Source of the DNA: Macrostomum lignano
Taxonomy: Eukaryota
Assembly: GCA_002269645.1 (NCBI GenBank)
Contig: NIVC01000094.1
Coordinates: 1,116,001-1,180,000, forward strand
Direction: 5' to 3'
DNA: 64,000 bases
Shown here: piece after piece, positions 1-11,639 of the stretch
Layout: the number at the start of each line of letters is the position of its first letter
Numbering within the stretch: position 1 is the stretch's first letter
Program-made: the position numbers and the translations under genes
Notes under the pieces: model-generated
What the model was told of the DNA's origin: nothing
Seen by the model: the letters and a program-made list of their open reading frames with translations, nothing else
The model's database searches: none

Positions 1-3000
1 CGCATTTTTACACCTCGCACATCCTCATTTTTCTCAATTAACAAGTGAAATCTTTTCTTAAAGACTAATTGCTATTTCAGTTAAGCTAGTAGGTTTTTGG
101 TAATTAAATAATTCAATTTTGTCTATTTTCCAAAAAGTTTCAAAAAATGAATTAATAAAAATAAATTTGAATTATTTTAAGTTAATTGGAGTAAAATGTC
201 TAATAAGTAACCATAATTTTTTATTTTAAGTACATGTAGCTTTGGTATAAGTATTAATGTAATGAGTACTTAAAGTAAAATCAAGCAAGTTATAGTTTTC
301 AGAAATTATGCTACAAATAATCAAATATATACTAGTATCCGAATTCCTTTATTAAGGAACATGCAGTCGATATTAAATCCACAATTTGCTTTTTGGTTTT
401 CAAGGATAGTTCCCTGACTTTTTCTATTATTAGTTAGATTTTATTATATTTAATGTAAAAATGAACAATTCTATTCAAGGTAAAAATGAACATTCTTTAT
501 TTGTCGAATCATCTTGCCTTTGAAAAGATACATAGTGAAAACTTGATTTTTAATTCAACCTTTCAAGACTTATTTAGACTTCTTAATTCAGTGATTAGTT
601 AAACTGATCGAAGTTCTTTCGAGTGCATGCTATAATAATTTCGCACTTTTTCGCACACGATAATTTTAAATGTCTGGGATTTAGAGCAGAGTAACAAAAT
701 GCTGTGCTCAAAAACATTTCCTTTGTCAATTTCTTGTTCTTTTATTTTTGCAAAAGAAATTTAACTGCATATTTAAAATAAAAATGGAAGAACATTTTAT
801 TTTCTGTTTAATATTTTTGTCGTTTATTTTCCGCAACAAAGAATAACAAATAGCCTTGATTTCTTCTCAATTTCAAGTTTTCTTGTGGTTTTAGTAGCAG
901 CTTCTTACAGAAATTGTCGAAAGAATTTTTTTTGTACGATTATTGGTCGATGTATAAACTTTTTTTGCAATAACAAAAAGTTGTGACCTAGCTTTGAGAA
1001 CGACCCGTCTGTTCAGGCGAAGGCTTTTGAATTCGTTCAATTATACATTGGTTTTTCTTTGCTTACATTGTTGTTTAAATTTTTAATTTTCTTGGAAATC
1101 CCTCTATACCAACGCCACGTCCAGAATGTCTTATGCTTAAATGCTTATAAGCTTATCTGTGTTTTAAATTGTCAATGAAGTTTAAATTAAACTCTATGTA
1201 TTGATTTTGCTAAGCCGTATTAGTTAAACGATATTTTGTTCTTATTAACCTAATTAGTCAATTTTTAAAGTTAGCAATATAATAAGTAGCCATCAGTCGC
1301 AGAGAGTTTCAGTATTGACTCTGGTACAAATCATTAGAGTCAAAGAATGTATTATGCAGCGCTGTGCTAAGCCCCTCTCTATAAAACATTATAATCACAA
1401 AAATTTACAATTCATATTCCCATTCACATTTTCTACCAAAAAAAATTGTTGCTAAGATTTTCAAATAAGAAATTGCAACTTTTTGCATGCTTTTTAATTT
1501 TTTTTAGCATTTTAACAATAATAAACTAAATAAATCATACTTTTGTTGCCATTTTTCTTATATTTTTTCTATGCATTGCCATTATATTTTATAATAATAA
1601 AGCTTATCAATGTATCATGTTATAACAAAATTTCAAATTAGGGCCTAAAATTAAGTTAACAAATAAAGCTTGATCTATGTCATGCATTAAACAAGTATTG
1701 CACTTTTAACTCTTATCTAGGCAATGGTACAACCAGGGGGGTGGGGAGGTCAGTCACCCCCCCTACCCCTTAGGCAGAGACCCAAGTGCAATAGAAAGTT
1801 ACAAAAGATTGGGAAAGAAGTGAATCAAAGTAATCCATGCTCACATGCAAGCAAAAAAGTTCACAATTTTAATTCATTATTAAAGTTTATTAGTAAGAAG
1901 TTGTTACATTTGCATGATCATCTTTATAAACAAAGAGAATAATTATTAGGTGCATTAATAAATTTCCACAGTAATAGAAATTTTTGGCATGAGTATTTAA
2001 TTTTAAAAGTTACATGTATGAGGCATTTAGGTAAATTTTGATACATTTGTAATGTTTTAACTTTTTATTAGACTTATATTTTTGTTCTTTCTTTGCATTT
2101 TTGGTTATTGACATTCATTGCCATTGAAGTTAATAATGAATATGTCTTTTACCCACAAAATTATTAATACAAATTCATTAATCCATTAGTGCAAAAAAAT
2201 CTTTACATTTATTAATGGATTAATGCTTATTAATTGGACTAGTGCCCAACACTGCTTGTTATGCCTTATTAATTGGTATTATATCTATTTTCTATTATTT
2301 ATTAGCCACATTTTTCTGATGTACAATACTTTTTTAATTCTATTTTTCCTTTAATACAACAATCTTGTATGCTAAAACTTTACCAAATCATTTTTCTTAT
2401 TGCTAAGGCTAAGTGTTAATAATTAAGAATGCAATATACCTATAGGATAAAATATTAAAAAAATGCCAAGGTAAATTGTGCACTGTTATTGTACAACTAT
2501 ATTGAATTTAAATATGCTCCTTACTGCTTTTAAACATTGTATCAGTCATTTTTTAAATTCTTAATAGAAGACTATTGATTTTCATAGAATTCAATTAGTT
2601 CTTAAGTCCATTTCTATGTTTATAATACAATTTTAGCAATTGCACTAGCACTAGCAGTGTATATGTTTTAATGAACACAATAGAAATATACTTACTTGCT
2701 TTGCTAAAACTAAAAAAACAACTAGGGTTTGTATCTCAGGAGTGTGAATTTTTTATTTCTTTGAAAAAATTACTTCCTGAACAGTAGTAACATTGATCCA
2801 TTCCCCTGGCAACTTTTTTTCTGCGCCATTATGAAGCAATATAGGCAAACAAAATTTAATAACATCACATGCAGGCTAACTTTTTGTTGTGCACCTTCTC
2901 AAACAAAAATACAGTTGTCAGTCCTCTGCAACTTTGAGATATTCTACCACAATCTCAGATTTGATGACTGAATTCTTGAGAGACCAGCTGAGGATGTCTA

Positions 3001-3581
3001 GCAATTGAGGTTTGCCTACTGTTGAGGCTTGATCAATGAAACTAGAGAAATTCGCAACAGGGTGTCCATAGTCATCTGGTTTCTGGTGCCATCGTTTAAA
3101 GGTCCAGAAGCTCCGCCAGTAGCACAATCAGTAATTTGTCGGGGAGGATTTTAGAGGGTAAAGACCCAAGTGTGGGTGGAGATGGTGGCTCTGTATTTTG
3201 ATGAAAATTCGCTTGGTCCCTCCCCCCTTTGATTTTTTTCTAGTCTTCGCCCATTTTGGGTAAACGGCGGGAGTAAGTATGACTGTACTATAAAAGCTTA
3301 ATGCCTCGTCATCTAATTAGTGCTACGTACGTATTTTAGGCTGGGCATTTTTGCAACTTACCTTGTCTGAGCCTTTCGCCAGCCGGCCGGGTCGGCCGCG
3401 TGTTGCGCATGTATGCTTCCGACGCAGAAAAAATTGTCAGGGGAGTAGCAAACAAGTTTAAAGTGATATAATACTTATAAGTACGCTTGTAGTTTTAATT
3501 TAATGCTTTTCTTAGGCAACGAGTCACAGGAACAACTCCTCCCTCCTCCGATTTCAGTCTCAAAGTGGCCCCCAGCCCGCT

Positions 3582-4637
3582 ATGAGCAGCAGCCGACCCA
3601 AAGCGGTCTCCACGCGCAAGCGAATCCGCCGGGGCGGACCGCCCCCCTCCATCGCCGTCACGTTGCCGGTTGTGTGCTCGACTCCCGACCAGCAGCAGCC
3701 TCAGCCAGCCATCTTCACTGGCCTTGGCTTCGGCACCACCTCCGCCGCTGCCCCAACCTCGAGCTTCGTGTTCAACGGAGCCTCCGGCGCCAACAGCAGC
3801 ACCGGCGGCAGCAGCAGCGCCGCCTCCGCTCAGTCGCCAAGCAACAGCGGCAGCAACAACAACGCCGGTGCCGCTTTGCTGCGGCCGGGCGAACGACCGA
3901 CTCTGGCCGCCGCGGCAGCCGCAGCCGCCGCCTCCTACGCGGCCTCGGGCGCGTCGCCGTTCTCGTTGAACTTCAGCTCAAACAGCGGCCTCGCCGTGGC
4001 GCCGGGCATCACGAATTTCGCCGCCGGAGCCTGGAGCCCCTTCGACGCGGCGCGTGCCGCGGCCGCACTGGGTGGTCAGGCGGCGCCCAGCGGTGGCAGC
4101 GGCAGCGGCAGCGGCGGCGGCAGCGGCGGCGGAGATGCCAGAACAGCCAACGGCAGCCCTAAAAAGATTGCCAATAGAAAGTTGGCAGCTGCGCGAAGGC
4201 CCGCTGCCGCCGCCGCTGGCCCAGTGATGGGCGCGCCGCCGGCTCCGGCCGGCCCCCTGCTGAACGGTTCCCACCACCAGACTGGCCATCACCAGTCGCC
4301 CGCTCGGCTTCCCAGCTCGTCGGCATTCTCATCTGCGAATCTGCCGTTTAGACAGCCGCCTCCACCACCGCCGGCCTCGACGTCGCTGCGGCATCCTTCG
4401 ACATCATTGGCGTCCGCAGCTGCGCCCGGCTTCAGTGCCGAAGCTCCAGTCCTGCTGGCGCAGCTGGTCAAGCGCCGCTTACGCGATCTGGGCAGCGGCG
4501 GAGCTGCCGCCGAGGCTGTGTTCGCTGACGACGCCGCCGCTCCGCCCGAAGGCCGGCTGACAGCGCAGGCCGACTGGCTGGCCGAGAACGACCCCGGCGC
4601 GTTGTACAACGCGCTGGAAGAAGTCGGTCGCCAACAG
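3582..4637 (+). CDS. FAM193A: FAM193-family protein, exon 1 (Ser/Ala/Pro-rich N-terminus)
   Basis: ATG at 3582; 352 open codons ending at CAG|GTGAGA donor (phase 0), which splices in frame to 4894. ATG choice is inferred. Confidence 0.7.
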
Positions 4638-4893
4638 GTGAGAACTTTGGACGTTTTGTGTTGGGCATAAAAGCAGAAGGGTCAGGGAGCATCAGGTAAA
4701 AAAATTAGGCTATTCAGGACCCACACTTTGTGGACCTAAGTTTCAGTTGTCTATTTATTCAATCAATTGATTTAATATCGTCTAAACTAGTTTTGCTGAT
4801 GACCTATGATGTCAGCATTCTGTTGCTGCTGTTGTTGAATTCAAGGGTGACCTTCTAAAGTACACTCCATTCTCTATCCGCTCCGCTCTGCAG

Positions 4894-5139
4894 GTGCAAG
4901 AGGCCGGCTCCCGTCTGCTCAGCCAGCTGCGCGAGTCTGGCGTCTCCGGCCGCGACCAGTGCCGCGCCTTGGTCCGCTCGCTCTGCCAGGAGTTCGCCGA
5001 CCTGCGGGCGGCCGCCGCCCGTCAGGCATCCGCCGTGGCCAGACTGGAGTCCGGGCACCTGCTCAGCATGGACCTCTCCTGGCAGCTGTTGTGCGAGCAC
5101 TGGTTCCACTCGCTTGTGTACTCCTGCGACGAGTTGCAG
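4894..5139 (+). CDS. FAM193A: FAM193-family protein, exon 2
   Basis: ctctgcag| acceptor and CAG|GTAGGC donor, 82 codons. ARLESGHLLSMDLSWQLLCEHWFHSLVYS resembles the conserved LESGHL..W..H..LF..LV segment I recall from FAM193A. Confidence 0.85.
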
Positions 5140-5204
5140 GTAGGCGTCTTTGTAGTGCTGTTGCTTTGAATTGTCTCCTTTCTATGTAGCCGTAAGTACA
5201 TTTA

Positions 5205-5441
5205 TGTGACCTTCAATTTGTCTCTTTCCACTATGATGTATGTACATTAGTGTTACTTTAATTGTCAATGATGACTATCTGCATGTGCACCCGTTCGACC
5301 TTAATTGTCTCTTCATGATAAGTATCTACATGTGCACTAGTTTGACCTTAATTGTCTCCCTTATGACTATCGCTGTATGTGCACCAGTTTGACCTTAATT
5401 GTCCCCCTGATGACTATCTGTATGTGCACCAGTTTGACCTT
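5205..5441. repeat. Degenerate 45-bp minisatellite split by the Ingi-like LINE; resumes at 6812-6870
   Basis: Unit accagtttgaccttaattgtccccctgatgactatctgtatgtgc, with copies starting at 5383 and 5428 and continuing at 6812. Confidence 0.8.
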
Positions 5442-6811
5442 GTTGTTGTTGTTGTTAATTCCCGGCCGGGTTAATATCCGGGGGGCGGGTTTGCGCCCCT
5501 ACCGCCTGGAGGAAGTGCAGTGCGCGCGGGCCGTCGTCGTGGAGGATGGCCAGCGTCGGGTTCTCGCCCAGAATTTGTCGTCTGGTCTCGGTCGTGGCGC
5601 GACATTCCAGGAGCAGGTGTTTGAGGTCCTCCGGGGCCTCCCCGCAGGCCGGGCAGGTGGCCTCCGGTTCCAGCCCGATGCGGTGCCGATACTGTCGGAG
5701 TATCGGGCAGTTGCCAGAGCGTAGTTGGGCTAGCAGGACTCTGTCCTTACGGTTCATGGAGGTTTGCTGTTTGGGTCGTCGGCCGTTGATGCAGGTGCGG
5801 TGGGTGCTGCAGTGCTCGTTTGTCTCATACGATCGGATGAAGTCGTTGTGGGCCGTCGCCAGAATGGCAGAGCGTGCGCTGCGGTGATCCAGGGGTGCGT
5901 TGGTCTGATCAAGGGTGGCAGCAGCGCGGGCAGTGGCATCGGCGAGATCGTTGCGACGAAGGTCGCAGTGGCCCGGGATCCATTGCAGGGTCACGTGATG
6001 GCCAGGCGGGAGGCGTCCCAAGATGCGCAGTATGTCGCGGCAGCAAGGGGAGAGCCGCGGGCTTGGGCCGCCTTTGAGGCAGCGGAGCAGGGCCTGGGAG
6101 TCGGTCGCGCAGCGCAGCTCGCGGTTTCCCGGCCACGGCAGTGCGTCAAAAGCTGCTTGGAGGCCGAGCCTAAGCGCGCATTCTTCCGCACGGAAGGACG
6201 AGGTCAGGCTCCCCGCCGGAGCTCTCAGAAAGCGCGTCGACGAACCGCGGGTGTAGAGGACAGCTCCTGCTCCGCCGTTGGTGGTACCCCCTGCTGCCGA
6301 CCCGTCCGTCCAGAGTTCCAGGTCAGCGGGGGGGAGCGACGCTAGGGTCTCCAGCGCCGCGGCCCTGCGAACATGCGGTGGGTCGTCGCGTGAGCACTTA
6401 ACTATGAGGGCGTCTTGGATGTGAAAGCTGGTCGAGGATGACCACGGAGGCACCAGCTCGTTGTCGGTTTCGATTTGGAGCTCAGCCAGTCCGGCTCTGT
6501 GGGTCAGCTCTCTGGCACACCTGCGCCAACATCTGCGGAAGTTGCCGTTTCCGCCGTGAGCGCGGATGCGAGGAGTGACTTCTCTGTCGGCGATGTTGCG
6601 GAGCGGGGTGGCTTGGCGTTGGCGGAGCGTTTTGTCCAGGAGCGTCGCTGCCGCGGCCGCCGCACTGTGAGCCAGGGGTTGGAGTCCGGCTTCGATAAGG
6701 AGCGCGGCTGTTGGCGTAGATTTGCAGCATCCTGAGATGACACGGGCAGCCTCGTTGTGGGCAGATTCCACCAGTTGTCTGCAGGCGTCCGACGCGAAGT
6801 TTAACCAGGCA
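5442..6811 (-). mobile_element. 5'-truncated non-LTR retrotransposon, I/Ingi-like (RT C-terminus + RNase H + CCHC knuckle)
   Basis: Open frame to stop 5455-5457 with RNase H motifs WTDGS, RAEECAL, TDSQ, WIPGH...NDLAD and knuckle CPACGEAPEDLKHLLLEC. (CAA)4-5 tail follows the stop directly. 14-bp TSD accagtttgacctt at 5428-5441 and 6812-6825. Confidence 0.9.
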
Positions 6812-6885
6812 ACCAGTTTGACCTTAATTGTCCCCCCTGATGACTATCTGCATGTGCACCAATTTGACCCCTTGACTCTCTGCAG

Positions 6886-7321
6886 GCTGTGCAGCCGGTT
6901 CTGTTGGACAAGCTGCGACCAACCGAGGACGATGCATCTCTGGACGCCATGCAATCCTACCTGGAGCTTGACAACACTATGACGGAGGTCAGTAGCCGAT
7001 GGCGCGGCTCCCAGCAGCTGCTGGAGTCCTGGCAGGAGCTGCACCGGTGTCACCAGCCGAGGCAGAGACGCAGCCAGCACCTGCAGCACCAGCAGCAGCA
7101 CCAGTCACCGCAGCAGGCCCAGCCAAGCCAGCAGGACGGTCGCTTCACAGTGTGCGAGAAGTGCCATAAAACCCTGTGCGGCTGCTCGCACTGCTCTATG
7201 CACCGATTCACCTGCGGCCTGCACGCTCCGTCGATCAGCTGCTCTTCGTCCGACTCCGATAGGCAAGACGACGACGACGACGACGATGCTGTTGGCGAGG
7301 CAGACGGCGAGGACGACGACG
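6886..7321 (+). CDS. FAM193A: FAM193-family protein, exon 3, 5' part (interrupted by the RTE-like LINE)
   Basis: ctctgcag| acceptor, phase 0. Contains the Cys cluster CEKCHKTLCGCSHCSMHRFTCGL and ends at the left TSD copy. As assembled, the frame stops at TGA 7342-7344 inside the insertion. Confidence 0.85.
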
Positions 7322-9685
7322 GCAGCGGTGTCTTCGTAAATTGATGGTGTATCCTCCGTTGGTGTACGGCTAACCCGGCTCTCGACGCGCACACCTTCCC
7401 GCAGTTCTCGTAATTGCACCTGTACCCGGTCAGCTCCGATTCCACTTCTCCGGCTTCTCTTTCCTGTGCTGTTTCTTCCTCAGTCGTCTCTGCTTTCTTT
7501 CCTTTCTTCCTCTCGCTCTCCTCCAGCGCTCTTTCCCTGATGCGTAACTTCTTTCTCCAAGCCTCTCTATCGGTCACCAGCCTTTCGACCTCCAGCTCAT
7601 CGATTTCTGCCGTGCGCAGTAGCTTTCTCCATACCGAGATGATGGTCTGCCTTCTCTTCCGCGCTTTCTTGATGGTAGTCAGCTTCTTGCTCCAGCCGAG
7701 GACACATCTTTTGACGGTGCTGGTATCCGGGAGTCTGAGTACGTGGCCTAGCCTGCGCCAGTGGGCCGATTCGACTTTGGCGCCGATGCTTCGGACCCGC
7801 AGTTCGTTCCGCACGTCCCACATGTTCACTTTTTTTCTCTCCATTTCTTTTAGCGGTGGTTCGGTCTTGCTGCTCCACACGTACCGATAACGACGGTCCA
7901 TTGCCTGCTGCATCCGCTTAATTTCCGACTTGTGGAAGGGCCGGGCGCCTGCATTGAAGAGCATCGTGCTCTCAACACAGGTCTCTATGATCCTAGCTTG
8001 GGTGCGTTTGCTTAGTCGTGTTTTGCGTAGCATGCATTTGACTCCCGCCCACGCTTTGGCAGCTCTCTGCAGCCGCTGGGCGGTGTCCTGCTTTCTGCCG
8101 ATCCAGGTGCCCAGTATCCGGATGTTCTGACTCTCAGGTGTTCCTAGCTTAGCTCGCTCTTCCTTCTCATCGTTCGTCCGTTCTTCTAGGATTCCGATGG
8201 TCTCGATGACGGTTCTCGTCCCTTGCTCGATTTCCTCGGATCCCCCGACAATAGTGGTGTCGTCAGCGAACAGTACTTCTGTGATTGTTATCTCCGCCGC
8301 TTCTTCGTTGTAACCTCCCATCTTTTTAGGCGGTAAGCATTTGCCCGGTCGGCAAACCCACTTGATTCCGCATTCGGCCCCGGTGTTCTTCGCTTTTTCC
8401 ATGCGCCTCTCTTTTGCTATCCGTATCGCCGTCTGGTGATAGATGTTGAAGAGGATAGGCGATGTGGCGCAGCCTTCTCTCAGCCCGCGTTGTGGGTAAA
8501 ATTCGGAACTTGTCTCTGCGCCGCACCGTACCGTGTACGCGGTGTACTCGTGCAGGTCTGCCAGCTTTTTTATCGTGCGCTCCGGCATGTGCTGATGTTT
8601 CAGCAGTTCCCAAAGAGCCGGCTTGTTTACCCGCGGGTAGGCCTTCTTAAGGTCTAGCAAGACTAGGCTGGTATCCATCGACTCTGCCCATTCTGGGCTC
8701 TCTCTGATCTTCTCGGCGTCCTCGTTCAGTCTGAGTATGATCTGGGTCGCATCCATAGTGGACCGGCCGCTCCGGAAACCGAACTGGTTGTCGTCTAGCA
8801 GACCCATGTTCTCCGTCCATGAGCTCAGCCTCGTCGCCAGTATCCGAGCGAGTATCCTGCTTGCGACTGGTAGGAGGCAGATCCCTCTGAAATTATTGAG
8901 GTTCGTCCGATCGCCTTTCTTGTGGAGTGGCATGATTACACCTACTTTCTGGTCCTCCTCCCAGGTGTCCGCTGGGTTGTTCCAGATGTAGTGCACTACT
9001 TTCCGGACCTCCGCTTGGGCCATTGCGCACGCGCTGGTGATGTAGCGCATTCGGATGCCGTCTAAGCCCGGGGCCCCGTCTTTGATCTTTTTGATTTCGT
9101 CGTCGATCTCTTTGTTTGTTAGTGGTCTGGACAGCCGGTCATTGGCTTCCTCTATCGTAGCCTTGTCTACGCTTGGCTTTGGGGCTGACCTAATTAGATT
9201 GAGCATTTCCTCCTGGTCGTTCTCGAACCGTTGCTCCTGGATCTTTGACAGGTGATAGGTTTACGAAGACACCGCTGCCGTGCCTAAAGTGCAACGCTAC
9301 CTTCTTCACGGAGGCGACAAGAAAAAACCACCAGAAGAGGTGCGGAGGAGAGGAGCGATCGGCGAAAGAAGTCCACTGCGGAGAGTGCAACAAGTGGATA
9401 AGCAAGTCCAACCACGCGCGGCATAGGAAACGGTGCAAGGAGAACGGAAGGAAACCAGAGGCGGGCGCGACACCGGACGAGAGGGCAGAAGAAGCAGCAG
9501 TACCAACGGGGAGAGGCCAGCAGACGACGGGGATTACGGCGCGGATCTACAAGAGCGCCAGAGCTCCGTGCCCGGACTGCGGGAGGATGCTGGCCCGCAC
9601 GAACATGGCCAGACATCGAAAGACCTGCCAGTGAGTCGGCGGCAGAGCGTCCACGCCGCGAGGCGAGAAAAGGACTGAAGAAGAA
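7322..9685. mobile_element. 5'-truncated, 5'-inverted RTE-like LINE (7322-9259 on -, 9260-9685 on +)
   Basis: Minus-strand RT with NNFRGICLL, QFGFRSGRST, DLKKAYPRV, GLREGCATSP and LFADD motifs. Plus-strand 3' end with stop at 9632-9634 and tail gaagaagaa 9677-9685. 25-bp TSD gaggcagacggcgaggacgacgacg at 7297-7321 and 9686-9710. Confidence 0.92.
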
Positions 9686-9710
9686 GAGGCAGACGGCGAG
9701 GACGACGACG

Positions 9711-11363
9711 CGGGCTCAGACGATGAGGACGGGTCGGAAGACGGCTACTACTACGGATACAAGGCCGTCGGGCTGCCCGGCATCGGCTTGTCCGCCCCGC
9801 TGCCGTCCCACCCGATGACCCCGGCCGACTGCGTCCCGGCCAACTCCCGAGTGGCCTCGCCCGCGTCGCCTTCCTCGTCGGCGTCACCTCCGCCGCCGAT
9901 TCCTCCGCCGTCGCTGCCCATGCCGATGCCGCACCTGCCGCAGCCGATTCCGACCTGCGCCGCTGCCGCCGCTGCTTCTGCAAGTCAGCCGCTCGCCGCG
10001 CCAGCGTCTGCCGCTCCTTGCGGCCATCGCTGCTGCGGCGGCGACGGCGTTGGAGTTGACGACGAGGACGACGACGACGATGAAGACGACGAAGAGGATG
10101 ACGACGATGACGGGGGGTCGGGCGACTCGACTTGCCAGCGGGGCGGCGGCAACTCCAAGTACTGCGACTGCTGCTACTGCGAGGTTTTCGGCCACACCGG
10201 AGGCCAGCAGCCGCCCGTGCCGCCGAAATTCTTTGAGAAACGGGAACAGCTGCGGTTAAAACTGCAGAAGAAGAAGGAGAATGGCCAAAAGCAGCAACAG
10301 CAGCCGGATTCGCAGCCAAAAGAGCAGCAGCAGCAGTCAAAGAAGTCGAAGGTGCCAGATCGGACAGCCGACATCGACGAACTGGTGAAGTTCATTGAAG
10401 GCGACTCGTCTAAGAAGCCTTCTAGCGGAGCGGCGAATGGCTCCGTCGCTCCGGCCGCCGACAAGAAGATGACGAAACGCGAGGCCAAGAAGGCGCGCCA
10501 ACGGGCGAAAAAGGCGGAGGCAGCAGCAGCAGCAGCCGCCGCCACCGCCGCTGCTGCACGGTCGCCTTTGCCGTCTCCGCCTTCCTCGCCCCCGCCGGCT
10601 CCTTCAACGCTGTCTGTGGTGAAGCCGCCGACTCCAAAGCCGCAGCCGCCTTTGTCGTCACCGCGAGAGGCGCAGCCAAAGCAGCAGCAACAGCAGCAGG
10701 CCCAGCAGCAGCAGCCGAGGACGCAGCAGCGCGTGCTAGCAGACGCCAAGGCCTCTCAGACTCAAATCCGGACGGCGCAGTCCGCGCCTGCGAAAAGCAG
10801 CCGACCGCAACAGCAGCAGCAACAACAGCAACAGCAGAAGCAGCAACAACAACAGCAGCAGCAACAGCATAGTGCTGTTAATGGAACAAATCGAAGACCT
10901 CTTCAGCAGCAACAGCAGCAGGCGGGTAGCCGCGTGAATCACCGCCAACAGCCTCAGCGGCAGAATGGAACGGCTTCGTACGTTCAGCCAGCTGCTGCTG
11001 CGGCAGCCGCAGCCGCGCCTCCAAATGTCATTCGTTCCGCCGCTGGTGAGCGAAGAAGCCACAGGCAGCAGCAGCAGCTGCAGCAACAACAACAGCAACC
11101 TCGACAGCAGCAACAGCAGCAGCAACAGAGGCAACAACCTGTACAGCTGAAGCAGCACCGTCAGGCTGTCCAGAACCATCAGCAGCAGCAACACCAGAGA
11201 CAGCCGACGCGGCATCAGCCGGCTCAGTCGCAGCACAATCAGCACAGTCTGTTGCCGGAGCAGCAGCAGCACTATCAACAGCACTATCCGCCGCTAAGAA
11301 TTCATCAGCAACATCAGCAGAACTCTCGCGACAGAGAGTCCCGGAGTAAAATGGATGAAATTG
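9711..11363 (+). CDS. FAM193A: FAM193-family protein, exon 3, 3' part
   Basis: In frame with 6886-7321 once the insertion and one TSD are removed (g7321+cg9711-12 = Ala). Contains YCDCCYCEVFGH, REQLRLKLQKKK, IDELVKFIEG and AKKARQRAKK FAM193 motifs, then polyQ. Donor ATTG|GTGAGA (phase 1). Confidence 0.9.
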
Positions 11364-11523
11364 GTGAGAATTTTGGTGTCACTTTGCTGCTTAGAGAAGG
11401 ATTAGAGGAGTGCTGCGGGCACCCGGGCGAGCGGGCGAGAGTTTGAACGCGTTTACCCTATAGTTGCCCTGCCCCCTCTCCCTAGTCAGATTGTTAATGT
11501 TTCCCTCAATTGTACACTTTCAG

Positions 11524-11605
11524 AGGAAGTGTTTCGGCCCAGAGACGCCTCAGCCAACGGCTATCTGGATGACGATGTGGACCCGGTGGTCGAGCAGTTT
11601 AAAAG
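11524..11605 (+). CDS. FAM193A: FAM193-family protein, exon 4 (FAM193 C-terminal domain)
   Basis: tttcag| acceptor, phase 1 to phase 2. EEVFRPRD...VEQFK matches the VFLPKD...VEYFK pattern of the FAM193 C-terminal domain. Confidence 0.85.
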
Positions 11606-11639
11606 GTTTGCTTGCGGCCCTCAGCCTACTGCAATTGCG

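Noticed and set aside
2918-3127. 69-aa ORF in a GC-richer island within the AT-rich first 3.3 kb
   Set aside because: No recognisable domain and no clear splice partners; possibly a decayed TE fragment.
3490-3516. Strong unpaired acceptor (tttcttag) 66 nt before the FAM193 ATG, as a trans-splice site
   Set aside because: Upstream GT donors at ~3411 and ~3456 could supply an ordinary 5' UTR intron; cannot be decided from DNA alone.
7300-9688. Possible precise removal of the RTE insertion as a GC-AG intron (GAG|gcagac...gaagaagag|)
   Set aside because: Formally in frame thanks to the TSD, but the donor is a poor GC consensus and the acceptor has no pyrimidine tract. Only RNA-seq could rescue it.
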